DNA of 64,000 nucleotides from the human T2T-CHM13v2.0 reference genome, Homo sapiens (GCF_009914755.1 NC_060928.1), one strand, 5' to 3'. Positions 1-14,096 are shown, numbered from the stretch's first letter. The notes: a model not told the origin generated them from the letters alone. Numbers and translations are program-made.

Positions 1-139
1 TGGGAAAACCTACCTTGGCCCTTTTAGAAAACCTTCCTAGTTGCCTGAGTAACATGGAAATGTTGCACTAGACTGTGATTTCTCCTATAAGAAAAATATT
101 ACTGCTATAAATATACATGCTTATTTTCCCCCTTACCAT

Positions 140-428
140 TAAAGCCATATTGTGAGGAAGTTGAGGCTTCATGCAGACATCACATGTGAAAAATCTCAGC
201 CAGCCATGTGAAACCCCACAACAGCCAGCATAAATTGCCAGACATGTGAGTGAGTAAACCTCCGGCTGATTCCAGTCCCAGGTTGTCAAGTCAGTGTAGG
301 CTTTTTAATCTTTCCAGCCATATCTGCTAGGTCTTGTCCAAATTCTTGATTCTCAAAATCCATGACAATAAAATAATTGTTTTAAACTACATTTTGAAGT
401 TTTTTGTTATACAGCAATTGTAATTTGA
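140..428 (+). mobile_element. MLT1-type MaLR LTR, 3' part
   Basis: Typical MLT1 3' motifs: cagccagcataaattgccagacatgtgagtgag ... aataattgttttaaactac ... ttgttatacagcaat. Confidence 0.7.
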
Positions 429-1154
429 GTGATTCTAAATTATACGATGAGCTTTGGAGAGAAGGAGATATGTATTGTAATTCTTTTATTCTTACATAGT
501 CCACTATAGCAAGTAAGGGAGAAAAATTGCACTAAAATCTCATTAGTCCCTCTCTCAACCAAAGAGGAGCTCCATATCTTTGTTCATGGCTTTCTAATTC
601 AGGGGCTCCAGTGATTTACAACCATTGCCCAAGTGGAGTCTTTAAATATGACCAATCTGTAGTAACTCCTGCTTGATGGGAATAAAAGAATTATAAACAT
701 GCCATCTCACTTTATCATCTACCCTCTTCAAAGTTATTAGCCAAATTAACTTTCAAGATTCAAGTCGAGACCTAGAAGGTGGAGAAGTTCCTTAAATCCT
801 CTAACATAAGCCAATATTCTAACCCATTTCCACATTATTCCTAAAATTAGAGTTTGATGCTCAAATCCAATTATATTGGAGTGTGCTTCGGTTTTATTTG
901 GCGCTCATTACCCTGTGATTTCAACTCTCTTGAGGCCTCCTTTGAGGGAAGGAGGGTGAGTATTAGTTAAATGGGCCTTTATGGGTCCATTAGTCAAATA
1001 CGACTTACTATTTCTAACTTCACCACTATTTCAGAGTAAGCAGAGAGGATCTATTAACTTCTAATTGTAGACTTAACATAATACAAGTTAGTTGCTCATC
1101 AACTACCAACATTTATTATTTGGAAAAAACTGGTAACTGTAATTATGGTGAAGA

Positions 1155-1400
1155 CAATAGCATCTAGAATTTGAGAACTTTCCATGTACCAGCCTTTTTC
1201 AAAACCACCTTGCATATGTTCTGTCTTCTGATAGCTCCATCACAACTATGAAGTAAGCATTAGATAATACTTTAAAGAGCATATTTTTATTTTGGGGCAT
1301 GAGAAAACTAAGAAGGAATAATTTGTTTTAGGATGCACAGCTCGTGAGCAGCAGCACCAGAATAAATCTAAGCTATCTGATTAGAAGTAATTACTTCCTC
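1155..1400 (-). mobile_element. MIR SINE (degenerate)
   Basis: Reverse MIR core: catcacaactatgaagtaagc ... gagaaaactaag ... gatgcacagctcgtgagcagcagcaccaga. Confidence 0.6.
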
Positions 1401-1429
1401 ACCTACATTTTCCTGAAACTGGAAGTAGA

Positions 1430-1480
1430 TTGTTTGGGAATTATTGATTTTGTTGTTTGGGAATTATTGATTTTGTTGTT
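1430..1480. repeat. 23-bp perfect tandem duplication
   Basis: ttgtttgggaattattgattttg at 1430-1452 and 1453-1475. Confidence 0.95.
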
Positions 1481-3576
1481 GTTCAAAGATTATTTCCACC
1501 TTCAAGCACATTCATGGTGACCAGTTTCTTACCCTGTTGGAGGACTAAATCTGGGTGTAAAAACTATTTTCATTTAGCAAGTACTTTCATTGTTGAAAGC
1601 TCAGCTTTAAGGTTTTCAGTACAAAGCATACATAGGGTTTGCTGAGGTCACATAAAGGATTTTGCCTGGCCAAACATAAAACCAATTTGTTTATCGTAAA
1701 TTCAATTTTTTAATTATTTGGTTGATTATCTCTTGTAATGGATCAGCTGATGTGTCACTTCACAGGTGTTTGGACTTCAGATTGATCCAGAAAAAAGATT
1801 TAACCCCAGAATGAACATAATATTTATTCATAGAATAGAGTTGATGGAATTTAGTCACAGAACACAAAATGAAGTGAATTCCATGAGGCAGGAGATAACT
1901 GTATCAAATACATTGCCATTTCCAACAATAATACTGTTAGTTCTGATAAAATTTCTGATAAACTATACTGACAAAAAAATACACTGGGTGATCATATATG
2001 GTTGTTTTTTTCAACTGTAAATATTGCTGCATGCTGTTGACCACTGGTTAGACAGACTGCTTTATGGCATGTAGTTATTTTTTCTGTCTCACAGTTAAAG
2101 TTGTCTTTGGGAATTAAATAATGTTGCATCAGAGACCTTGAGTAAGTTTAGTATTTTTCCCTGCTACATAGAAATGTTTATGTTTTTCTGTCTTTTTTGA
2201 TTATTTGTATTTATAGTAAACTTACTTAATGCATAATATGGTTTCCAGAAAAATTTGAGAAATGATTATTCCATATACCATTAAATGAAAAGCAACTATT
2301 AGTGGAATGTTTTGATTCCAAATCACATCAATTCAAGGGCTTTATGGACACTTCAGGAAACAAAATTTTAAAATTATATAAAAATGTTCAAATACAAAGT
2401 TTCAGAATAATATTGATATCTATTCTGGTAACAAAAAGACAGATTGCACAATTATATATCTCTTAGAGAGTGAGGAATTGGCTTGTATTATCTGCATTTT
2501 GAAGGCTACAACTATGTAAAAAGTTAAAATTCATAAACAGAATGATTTATTAATTTAAATACTACCAGAGATGCAATAAATGAAGATACTGAATGTTAAT
2601 AATTGTGAAGTTTCAGCAAAAACATTTGATTAAATAACTAATTTTGAATTGGCTCCTCTGCTCCTATCTTCTCTTGAACTGACAATAAGTCTAGTATATG
2701 ACGTTGAGTTCAAGGTAGGGAATAAGAGACAGAAATGACTGTATTCTTTGGCATATATGTAAAATTTGTCTTAGTTTTTAAGTGGAAAGTTTTATTTGAC
2801 TTCTATTTGGAAAATTAAAACAGACAAGTGTCTTCCACCAGTCTTTTCCATTTTCATCCGACGCCAATGCAACTATTTTAAAAATTTTCTCTGGCCTATC
2901 TTTTCTTTTCCACTTGCATTATTTCATGCCTTTCTTCTCTGCCTACTCATTCCACTTGTCTTCAGAATGCACAACTTTACTTACTTACTTTTGAAAGTAG
3001 TGCATTGTAATAATGTATTTCAAGTATTTTTTATATATGCTACTATAAAAAGGGGAGAAAATAATTATTTTTAGTATTGAATGTGGACCAATAGACTGAA
3101 CACAAAAAATAAATTTCAATCATTATAGATAACTGGTGGGGAAAAAAAGATTTCAGGGCAGTGAAATGATTCTGAATTGTAGACTGAGTAATATGTTTCT
3201 GGCCCTCTGGTATAAAAATATTGCTTTATAGTGAATAAGAAAAATAATATATTGTTATAATGACTCATAAGCTAAAGACCTTAAAATTTTAATGATGGTC
3301 TGGTTAATTCTTCATTATAAACCACTAAATTAGAAACTTTTATCATTATTTCCAACTAATATGAAGTTATTGGCAAAATTACTCCCCTTTTACAGATAGT
3401 GAAAACAATTTAAATAACTACAATGCTCTGACAGTGGTAGTTATTCAAATTATAGATTTTTTTGATTGTCAAAACAAATAGCAAGATTTTATTTTTTTCG
3501 GAAGAGTCAAAATTGCAAATGACAATAATGGAGAAATTAGCTTTGTGCAATTGTATTGGTCCAATTTGAGTCTCAC

Positions 3577-3790
3577 ATGCATTCATTCATTGAAGAATTG
3601 CATTCATTCAGCTGATATTCATTAAATATCTCCTGTGTCATATAGTGAAGATACAATGATGGACAAAACATAGCAATGTCTACACTTCTGAAATAATGAA
3701 GACCAGCATCAAGCAGGTTATCACAACTGGGAGGATTATCACAATTGTGCATGCAAAATTGAATGAGAGGGTAGTCTGACATCCACAGCA
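3577..3790 (-). mobile_element. L2 LINE 3' fragment
   Basis: cattcattcattg... tail followed by gatacaatgatggacaaaacatag, matching the reverse L2 3' end. Confidence 0.6.
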
Positions 3791-4344
3791 CTTTAAAAAG
3801 AAGTTACATAGTATCACAACTCTTGGCAAAGATTCTAGGGAATTATTCTAAAGCTTTTTTAAAAAAAGTACGGAATATTTTAAATTTTATGTTATTAAAG
3901 TGTTACAAGGAGTGTCAGAAATATACTTAAAACATGAATTGACATTATCATAAACTTGTAATAAATACAGGCAAAAATTATTTCTAAAAGATACTTCATA
4001 ACATTTATTAGCAATTTTCAGTTGATTTCCAAATCATTCTGTTCATCCTAAAGAGGCACTTGGATGCTAGAAAAGTTTCCATTTGTATTTTATTCCAAGG
4101 GTTTTACTTTGCTTCTATGCAATAGAGTTTATAAATTATGCCTTATAATATTTCACACTTGACAATTTGAGAAAGAGTTTATGTGGGAGATAGTAGTACA
4201 CAGAGTTAGTCACTGATTTGTTTTTAAAAGCACCATTATCCTAAGAGTTGAAAACTCTAATAGATTAGGACTGTTCAAATTATGATGCATGATGTATTAA
4301 TATCCTTGACATTTGTTAGAAAATGTTTTTTTGATAAAGGAAGT

Positions 4345-4870
4345 CACTAATAGCTGCCCACCCAATGTCAAATAAACCAAGCTTTTTTACTAACAGAAGA
4401 ACATATTTCATTGCAGCAATAATATGATTAGCCAAAACTCATTTTCCAGCCTCCCATAAGCTAGAATAAGTTGTCAGTTCTGTTCCGGTCAATAAAACCT
4501 TAGAGGAAGACTTACGACTTCAGAAAAAGGCATTTCCTTATTCTTTCTGCTTGGAATTCAGATAGGACGGGCTGACTAGCCAGTTTTTAAAATTATTTGT
4601 ATACATTTAAGAAGTACAAATGCACCTTTTGTTACATGGACTGTAGTGGTGAAGTCTGGGCTTTTAATGTAACCATCATCCAAATAATGTACATTGTACC
4701 CATTATAAGTAATGATGATCATTAGAGCAGTGGAGCAGAATTTAGAATGAATCTAGGAAATTGATAATTTGTGAACCTATGTAAGTCACTATAGATGGGA
4801 CCTATTTTTTCCAAACAATATTTATTAAGCCACTGTAGTTGGGTATCTGTTGAATACAGCGGAACTCAAG
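4345..4870 (+). mobile_element. Old ERVL-type LTR (LTR16/LTR33-like), interrupted by a short L1 3' end
   Basis: cattttccagcctccc...agctag, ttctgcttggaattcagat, and 3' ttaagccactgtagttgggtatctgtt motifs. Confidence 0.5.
4583..4712 (-). mobile_element. Short L1 (L1PB/L1MA-like) 3' end
   Basis: tttgttacatggactgtagtggtgaagtctgggcttttaatgtaaccatcatccaaataatgtacattgtaccc. Confidence 0.7.
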
Positions 4871-5094
4871 CAATGACCAAATGAAGAGTTTTGTTACTAT
4901 AGTAACCTATAATATGTTAAGTTTTAGTGGTTCTCAAAGAGACTTTTGGCCAAATAATCATTTTTTTCAAAGAATAATTGTTAACATATTAATAGATGAC
5001 AGTAAAACCAATTTGTAAAAATGTATGACATTATCATGATTTTGTTTGATTCCAATGTTTATGTTCTTTCTTTTTCAAAGGCTTTGTTAAAGTC

Positions 5095-5153
5095 TAATTC
5101 ATATTTTTAAAATATAATTCATATTTTAAAAAGTATAATTCATATTTTAAAAA
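5095..5153. repeat. ~20-bp tandem repeat, 3 copies, at an L1 3' end
   Basis: taattcatattttaaaa repeated three times. Confidence 0.85.
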
Positions 5154-8100
5154 TTACACATATTTAATGTGTACACTTTGATGACCATCACCACAACCAA
5201 GGTAATAGACATGTGCAACATCTCTCAAAGTTTCCTTGTGTCCATTTATTTATTTAGTTAGTTTGTCTTGAGTGTATATGTGTGGGTGTATGTATGTAGT
5301 AAGAATACCTAAGATCTACCCTCTTAAATTTTGAAGTGCCTGATACCATATTGTTAACTATAGGCAGAATGTTATACAGGTCTTCAGAAATTACTCATCT
5401 AGCACAACTGAACTGTATGCCTATTGAACAACCCCCTATTTCCTCCACTCTTCAGCTCTTGTTGACCACTGTTGTATTTTTTGCTTCTGTAAGTTTGACT
5501 ACTATAGATATCACATATAAGTGGAATCATGCAGTATCTGTCCTTTTGTGACTGGTTTGTTTCACTTATTATAATGTCCCTCAGGTCTATTCATGTTGCC
5601 ACAGATGGTAGAATTTTCTACTTTTTTGAAGCTGAATATTATCTCATTGTGTGTGTATACCACATTATCCATTCACCTGTTGATTGACACTTGGATTGCT
5701 TTTATGTCTTGACCATTGTGAATAATGTTGCAATGAACAAGGGAGTGCGAACTCTCTTGGAGATTTTTATTTCAATTATTTTGGATATATACCAAGAAAT
5801 AGGACTGCTGGATATTGTGGTAGTTCTATTTTTACTTTTATGAGGAGCCTCCATATTCTTTTCTAAAGCTGCTGGAAGAGTGTTTATTCCCATCAATAAG
5901 GTACAAGAGTTCCAATTTCTCCACATCCTCACTGACACCGATTTTTTTGGTTTGTTAGTAGCCATCTTGACAGGTGTGAGGTGATACCTCATTGTGGTTT
6001 TGATTTGTATTTCCTTGATAATTAATGATGTAGGGCATCTTTTCATATATATCTGTTGGCCATTTGTATGTCTTCTTTGAAGGAAAGGCTGCTCAAGTCC
6101 TTTGTCCATTGTTTAATGTTGCTTTTCTGTTATGTTATAGGTGTTCCTTATATATTTTGGGAGTTAACTCCTTATAAGTGGTTTGCTATAAGTTGATTTT
6201 CCATATGGTAAGAGATAAAGGACAAGTTTCATTCTTTACATGGCAGTTCAATTCTCCCAGCATCATTTATTGAATAGTGGGTCCTTACTCCAGTGTATAT
6301 TTTCGACAACTTTATCAAAGATTATTTGGCTGTAGATATGTTGCTTTATTTCTGGGTTCTCTATTCTGTTCCGTTAATCTCTATGTCTACTTTAATACCA
6401 ATATTATGCTGTTTTGATTACTATACCATTGTAGTATAGTTTGGATTCAGGTAATGTTATGCTTCCAGCTTTGTTATTTTTGCTTGAGATTGATTTGTTT
6501 ATGTCTGGCCTTTTTTGGTTCCATATGAATTTTAGGGTTGTTTCTTCTAGTCTTTGAAAAATTATGTATTTTTTATGAATTGCATTAAATCTTTAGATAT
6601 GATGATCAGTTTGGTGACTTTAACAATATTGATTCTTCCAATCCATGAGCATGGGATATTTTTCCATTGGCTTGTGTCATCTGCAATTTCTTCAGTGTTT
6701 TGTAGTTTTCCTTGTGGAGATCTTTCACCTCCTTGATTCAATGTATTCCTAGTATTTTATTTTTTGTAGCAATTTTAAATGGAATTGAATTCTTGATTTG
6801 GTTCTCAGCTTGATTGTTATTGGTGTATAGAAATGTTAAATTTTGTAAATCAAGTAAACCTGAAAGTTTATTGAATTCATTTATTAAATATAGGAGTCTT
6901 TTGGAGGATTTGTTATGGTCTTCTAGGTATAAGATTATATCATCCTTGAACAGAGATAATTTTACTCTTTCTTTTCCAATATGGATATCTTTTATTTATT
7001 TCTCTTGCCTGATTGCTCTGGCTGGGGCTTTCAGTACTATGTTGAATAGGAATGGTGAAGCTGAGCATTCTTGTCTTGTTCCAATTCTTAGAGGCAATTC
7101 TTTTAATTATTCCCTATTCCCTATTGGCTGTGAGTTTGCTGTATATGACTTTTGTTATTTTGAGGTGATTTCCTTCAATGCCTAGTTTGTTGAGGACTTT
7201 TATCATGAGAAGATGCTAAATTTTATCAATGACTTTTTCCATATCAATACAATCAATATGTTTTTTGTTTTTAATTCTGTTTATGTTATAAATCACATTT
7301 ATTAATTTCCATATGTTAAGCTATCTTTACATGCCTGGAATAAAACCCACTGGTTTGTGGTGTATTATCTTTTTGATGTGATATTGGGTTTGGTTTGCTA
7401 GTATTTCTTTGAGTATTTTTGCCTCTGTGTTAATGGGGAATATTGGTCTATAGTTTATAAATTTGTTTTGTCCTTGTCTAGCTTTAGTATCAGGGTGATA
7501 CTGGCTTGTAGATTAAGTTAGAGAGGGTTCTTTCCTCCTCAATTTTTTGGAAGAGTTTTAGAAAGATTGGTACCAGTTCTTCCTTGTACACTGGTAGAAT
7601 TTAACTGTGACTCCATCTAACCCTGTTTCATCATTGTTGTTGTTGTTGGGAGGTTTTGTAAAATTATTGAGTCAATCACGCTACTCATTACTGGTCTGTT
7701 CAGGATTTCTATTTCTTCCTGGTTCAACCCTGGGCAGTTCTATGTTTCCATGAATTTATTCATATCCTCTAGGTTTTCTGGTTTGTGAGTCTGTAGTTGT
7801 TTTAGTAGTCTTTGATCTTTTTGTATTTTTGTGGTATCATTTGTAATGTCTCTTTTGTCATTTCTAATTACGTTTTTTTGTGTGTGTCTTCCCTCTTTTC
7901 TTGGTTAGTCTAATTAGCAGTTCATCAATTTTGCTTTTATTTTTAAAGAACCAACTTTTTATTTCATTGATACTTTGTATTATTCACTTTGTATTATTCT
8001 TTTGTTCTCAATTTCATTTAGTTCTGCTCCGATCATTGTTATTATCATTATTTTTTTACAGATTTGAGTTTGGCCTATTCATGTTTTTCTAGTTGAGGTG

Positions 8101-8487
8101 TCATGTTAGGTTGCTAATTTGTGATCTTTCTATTCTTTTGATGTAGGCATTTAACATTATAAACTTACTTCTTAGTACTGCTTTTGCTGTATCCCAGAAA
8201 TTTGGGTATGCTGTGTTTCCATTCTCATTCATTTCAAAAAATATTTTAATTTCTATCTTTATTTCTTAATTGATTATTCAATGATCACTCAGGAGCATGT
8301 TGTTAATTTCCATGTATTTGTATAGTTTTTGAAGTCCCCTTGGAATTGATTTCTAGTTTTATTCTACTGGATTTGATTTTTTAAAATTTGTTGAGACTTG
8401 GTTTGTGGCCTAACATATGATCTATCTTGGAGAATATTTCGTGTGCTGATGGGAAAAAACGTAAAATCTGTGGTTCCTGGGTGTAGT
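5150..8487 (-). mobile_element. L1M (L1MA/MB-like) 3' UTR and decayed ORF2; internal gap near 6188, possibly two elements
   Basis: ORF 5702-6109(-) contains [17 protein letters not shown] (ORF2 C-terminus); continuous antisense RT/EN-like sequence to ~8487. Confidence 0.9.
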
Positions 8488-8499
8488 AGGTGCTTATAT

Positions 8500-8900
8500 T
8501 AGGAATATGAATAGAGAAACATTAAATAAGATAATTTAAATTAGGCTTGGAAGAGGAAATTCTTCCTAAAGAATGTGACATTGGAAGGATGAATAGTATT
8601 AATTAAGGGATGAGTTAGTGGAAAAGCTATTCCAGGGAAAGGAAACACTACATATGAAGTCATGAACTTCTTAGAAGGCTGCATGTGAAAGGTAAAAGCC
8701 AGAAAATGTAGGAATGAATCAGATCATCATATGTATTGTGTGCTGAACTAAGGAGTTCAGAGCAGTAGAGAATCACTGAAGACTCTAAAGAAAAAGAAGG
8801 TAAATACAAATGTTTAGTGGCTGAGTGGAGGATAACTGGAAAAGAATGAGCTTGAAGGAAGTTCCTGCTTAGCAGGCTAGTGCAATGACTCACGTGAGAA
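8500..8900 (-). mobile_element. L2 fragment
   Basis: Purine-rich reverse-L2 motifs: cttcctaaagaatgtgacattg...gaaggatga...attccagggaaaggaaac. Confidence 0.55.
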
Positions 8901-8926
8901 GCTTTAAAGAACTGGTCCCAAGTCCA

Positions 8927-9056
8927 TAGTGCTTAATATTCCTGGGCCATGAACTCCTTTAAGAATCTAATAAATGATGTGTACTCAGGCATTGCATATC
9001 AGCATATAGTTGTAATAAGATGAAAAATAATATTCCCCAGATTTCAGGGGTTACTC
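8927..9056. mobile_element. hAT-Charlie MITE fragment (MER117-like)
   Basis: gggccatgaactcctttaagaatctaataaa resembles the MER117/MER119-type left end. Confidence 0.35.
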
Positions 9057-9269
9057 TTATGAGAAAAAATAAAATGCCAGTAAAGAAAAGCACATGCATA
9101 TCTTTGGAGATTGCAGGCTAGTGAGGTATGTGTATAATGCAGTGTGTAGGAAGCTTATGGGTGCTAAGCAGTATGAAAACGACATGACAAAAGGGACTAT
9201 GTAGAGAATAAAATTCCTCCTACTGAAATAAACCAAAGGATTGAATTTAATACAGAAAATGTCACAGGA

Positions 9270-9915
9270 TTTAAAATGACTTACCTTAACCCAGAAAATG
9301 AAAGAATAAACATATCAATTACCAATTACTTAAAACATTTTAAAATGTAACAAAAATAGTATTGAATATATATCCACCCTTCCCTACTTCTCTTAAAATA
9401 AGAATTCCCAGAAAGCTTCACAGGGAAGTTTTATAAAACTATTAAAAACTGATAAGTAAAATGTAAATAAAATCCTTATAAAGCATAGCAAAAGAAAAAG
9501 AAAACTTTCATGTTATTTTCAATAGGAAGCATTATATCAATATCAGAAGACTGACAAAGTTAAAAAGTGAATACAGATTAGTCTTAATATGAACGTTAAT
9601 ACAAAAATCCTAATGATGTTTTAGCAACATAAGTCAATGTAATATAACTTGAACAAGAGTTTTATTCTAGAAATGGTGATTTCATAAGTCATAATAAAAT
9701 ATATCTAAAGAGAAAAATTATACAATCATGTTCACATATGCCAAAAATTCATTTGATTGAATATACATTTTAAAATAAACTTTTCTATTAAAATACTTGC
9801 TTTAATATATAAAGGGTATATATTTCAACCTAAATTCCAAAATTATGCTTAATCTGAAAAAATACATCATATTATAGTCAGAAAAGGCAAAGATATTCGT
9901 GCCTGCCACCATTTT
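9270..9915 (+). mobile_element. Old L1M ORF2 fragment
   Basis: agcttcacagggaagttttataaaac ... atgaacgttaatacaaaaatccta ... aattatacaatcatgttcacatatgcc (RT-region remnants). Confidence 0.65.
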
Positions 9916-10092
9916 TTCTTAATTTTAATAATCATTTTAATTTTCAACATGTCTCATATTTTTAACAGCACTGAACATTATTGGTTTATAAAGAAAATTA
10001 AACATAGAGGAATTAATATGCCCTGATGTAGAATATTCATTCATTTATTTTATTTATTTTGGAGATATAACTTCCCTAGCAGTGCAGCTTGC

Positions 10093-10292
10093 AATAATTA
10101 AAACAGCAAGCATTCCTATAGTGCTTACTATGTGTCAAACACTTCAAGTACTTTACATATATTAACTCAGTTAATATTCACAACAATCTTGAGTTAGGTA
10201 AAATTTAGATACAGGGGAGTGCAGTAATTTGTCCAAGATCAGATAAGTAGCAAGTTGGAAGCCAGGATTCTGCATGGTCTCTTCAACTATAC
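10093..10292 (-). mobile_element. MIR SINE
   Basis: gtgcttactatgtgtcaaacact...ctttacatatattaactcagttaatattcacaacaatc. Confidence 0.8.
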
Positions 10293-10711
10293 ATTTGGCT
10301 TCCTTGTAGTAGCAGATTCATGTTTACTTCTGGGAAGATTACTCACTTGGTCTTATATTAAACTATTGCTAGTATTACTTTTTTCTCAGTGAATGCAATT
10401 ATTTCTCGAAATCCTTTTGAAACTGTATGTTCATTTTGTACTAATATGCAACTATTTTCTTTTAAAAACACTTTCAAAATGAGGTCATTTTTGATGATGC
10501 AAAAATGTGAACTTATTTTTCTTCTGAGTTGGAAATAAACTACTTTCTTAACTGGTTGAATTCTTAGATCCCCCTACTTATTTTCCCAGTTAAAAACAAA
10601 CTTTTGAATAGAAATTCAACAAAGATATAAACATATTATGACTCAATATATATACCATGAGATTTTTGAACTGAAATATTGCCAATATATTGAACCCCAT
10701 TTTATGGGCCT

Positions 10712-11075
10712 TCTATATGGTTGGAATTTGTGTCCCTGCCCAAATCTCATGTTGAATTGTAATCCCCAGTGTTGGAGGAGGGGCCTAGTGGGAGATGATT
10801 GGATCATAGGGACAGATTACCCCTTTGCTGTTCTCATGATAGTGAGTTCTCATGAGATCTGGTTATTTAAAAGTGTGTAGCATCTCCCCCTTCTCTCTTT
10901 TCTCCTTCTCTGGACATGTAACACATGCCTGCTACCCCTTTGCCTTCTGCCCTGATTGTAAGTTTCCTGAGTCCTCCAAGCCATTCTTCCTGCACAGACT
11001 GTGGAACCGTGAGTCAATTAAATCTATTTTCTTTATAAATTACCCAGTCTTAGATATGTCATTATAGCAATAAGA
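10712..11075 (+). mobile_element. MSTA-like MaLR solo LTR
   Basis: ccaaatctcatgttgaattgtaatccccagtgttggagg...gagatctggttatttaaaagtgtg...ataaattacccagtc. Confidence 0.9.
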
Positions 11076-11229
11076 GTTTATTACAGCAACGAGATTTCAC
11101 ATTGCTCTAATGAGCTACCTAAGATTGGGTAATTTAATGTGCTCATTCTCTCAAAATGAGTACATTTTTTTTATTTACTCCACCTCCTCACCAAATACTT
11201 GATAATGAGACTTAAAATACGGTTCAAAA

Positions 11230-11760
11230 TGTATTTTAACTGGTATTAAATTTCTAGATTGACAGATACTTTTTCTTTAAAGACGATTTTTCCCTTATTT
11301 AACCTTCATTGTTTCTGAGAAGATAGCCATCATGTTTACTGCTACTGTTGTTTCATAAAATGATATCTATCTATCTTATTTTTTCTGACCATTTTGGGAT
11401 ATTCTCTTTATTTTTGACTTTTAGTACTGCAATCATGATGTGAAAGTGTATTTCCTGTTTTGGGTTTGTGGATCTTGAATCTGTGGGTTGCAGAGTCTCA
11501 TCAATTTTGGAAAATTCTAATTGATTACTTCTTTATTATTTATTCTCTCCCATTCCTTTATGGGCATGTTAAGGGCTTTATCTGTTAATTTCAGTATATG
11601 GGCTAGCTATAGGTTGGCTTCTATTTCTTTTTCCTAAACTATGAATTGTATTTTTCTATTTCTTTATGTGTGTCATAATTATTGATTTGATGCTAAACAT
11701 TGTATTTTAAAGAATAGTAGAAAGTGAAGTAGGTAATATTACTCTCAGTAAAGGGCACCC
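11230..11760 (-). mobile_element. Very old L1ME fragment (ORF1 region)
   Basis: ttcattgtttctgagaag..., cttgaatctgtgggttg...catcaattttggaaaattc motifs. Confidence 0.5.
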
Positions 11761-12381
11761 CCTCCTACTCCTTCATCTATCTGATGACAGCATAGTGGGC
11801 TGAGTCAACATAATCCATAGTTGAAATGAGTGAGTTTTGTTGCAGTTTAATTATAAACAGTTCATGACTCGCTTTTCAGGGTTTGAAGGCAGGGTTGGGA
11901 CTTTCCGTTAACAGGGTTTGGATCCTGATCACAGGCAGTCTTTGCAGATCTCTTAAGGCTTTAAATTCCAGTTTCTAGATTTGCAAATGAAAAGAGATTT
12001 CCCTCTGCTTACATACCAGCTGCTGACATTTTGGGTCACCTCTTGTTCTCCAGGTTTGCATCCAGACTTCCACATCTCAGGAGATTTTTATCCACACTAA
12101 TGCCTTCTCCATAGAGTCTGGCAAGTTTATTCCTGGCCCTTTATGAAGGCCCTATGCTTCCAAGGAGAAGCTCTCTTATCCTTGCTTCTATGTCTGCAGC
12201 CTTGTGCTTCCACCTTGTAATCAGTGAAGGCTCTGTGCTGAACAATTAATGGGCATGTATAAACTCACTCAGTAACTGGAGTCCAATGAATGAAAATAGC
12301 CATGTGTCTTCATAGGAAGGGCTTATACCTTTATGGAGTTCAATAAATTTAGATTTCTTTACACTCTCAGCCCTCTGATGG

Positions 12382-12685
12382 TGATAAAAGGAAAACTTCA
12401 GCCAAATTAAATTTAAAAGAGATTAATTGAGCAATGAATGATTCGCGAATTGGACAGCTCCTCGAGGCAGAGTAGGCTCAGATAATCCAGTGCGGTTATG
12501 TCATGGAAGAACATTCATGGAAAAGGAAAGTGAGACACAGAAACAGCTGGATTGGTTATAGCTTGGCATTTGTCGTATTTGAACACAGTTCAAACAGATG
12601 GCTACATTTGTTTGTGGCCAAAACTCAGTGATTGACACAAGAGTAGTCCACAGTCTGTTTATACCACCACTTGTTATAGTTCATG
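12382..12685 (-). mobile_element. MER57A-like ERV1 LTR, 5'-truncated
   Basis: ttaaatttaaaagagattaattgagcaatgaatgattcgcgaatt...cagctggattggttatagc...tttgaacacagtt. Confidence 0.8.
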
Positions 12686-13544
12686 TCACAAAGAGTACCG
12701 AAAACTTCGAGGTACAGTCCCTAGAGTCCTTTTTTTACAGCAAAGACTGTACTTCATCTTTAGATTATAATCTACCAAGGTATGTTTGAGATATATTTGT
12801 TTCTGGGATCCACACAAATGTTTATCATGGGGTTTTTCATATATTGTTGGCAATGTCACTAAATCCGGGATTTGTAACCATTTACACTAGGTAAAAATAA
12901 TCAAATTATACATTTCCAAATAACATCAATAAGCTAGTACAATGTAGCTCTCAGAGAGTTTTGAATTTTAAACACCATATTATGAATCACTAAGCAGCAT
13001 ATAATATCTTTATCTTGGCTAAGGGTCAGTTTCAGATTTGCAGTTATTACTGGAGACAAGCATAAAGCCACCTCAGTCTAAATGCAAGTTAACTCTATCC
13101 TTACATAGTCCATCCTCCTGCCTCTTGATCAAGTCTTTTTAATTTCAAGTCACTGATTATCATTATATTTTATACTCCTTTCAAAATATTTCTAATACAA
13201 AAAGTGCAAAAGAAGAAACACCAAATCATTAGTTATTTTTATCATCTAATAACATCTAGGTGTTGCTTTAAATAAACATTTTAGTTTACTAAATACCCTG
13301 GCAAAACCTTGTTTATAATCATGCACAAGCTTGACATCTTCTTGACTTCTTTCTAACATCAACTTTTAAATTTTATGAAATTTAGTGGCTGATTCAAAGT
13401 AGCAACTGGTTGATGACTAACTAAATCTAGTTCTTCCTCTGGTATTGGCTTCTATCAGAATAACATCATGTAAGGGTTTTAATTCCATCTTCCAAAAACA
13501 TTTAATCATAAATCATATCACAACATTTATAGAGTTAATAATTT

Positions 13545-14080
13545 ACTGAGTTGGTGAGAATCTGGAACAACAGATATCATCATCATACAGGCAGGTATAA
13601 AAATCGGTACAATTTCTATAGAGGAAAATTTGACAACATTTTTAGAAAAACTTTCAAAGTTTAAAGTGGACAAATGGACATAGCTCTCAATGCAGTGATT
13701 CTACTTCTAGCTTTGAATCCTACAGATATACTTTCATTTACATGGAATAAAGTTAGGCAGCACAGTTTCTAACAGCAAAATATTGGGAGCCTCCAAAATA
13801 TCTAAATAAAATTGGTTATATATTAAGTAAGGGCTCTACATAGTAAAATTTTTGCAGCCATTAAAAAAAATTAGATTAAAATATACAACAATCTTCAAAT
13901 ATATTTCGTGTTGAAAAGGAGCAGAATATGGCAAAGCACATTAATATTAGTGAAAGATAAGTATATAGATAGAAGTTCTGAATATGTATACATACATATT
14001 AAGTGTATGTACTATTTTTGGAAGTTAATATAATGAATGATTAAAATATTTCCTTTTGGGAGAACTGGATGGCTAGAGGT
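13545..14080 (+). mobile_element. L1ME 3' fragment
   Basis: gttggtgagaatctggaacaacag...gaaaatttgacaaca...cagtgattctacttctag. Confidence 0.6.
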
Positions 14081-14096
14081 CACCACATTGTGTTTT

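Noticed and set aside
1766-2020. 84-aa ORF or exon beginning after cacAG
   Set aside because: Poor pyrimidine tract, weak donor, GTG start and no recognisable protein similarity.
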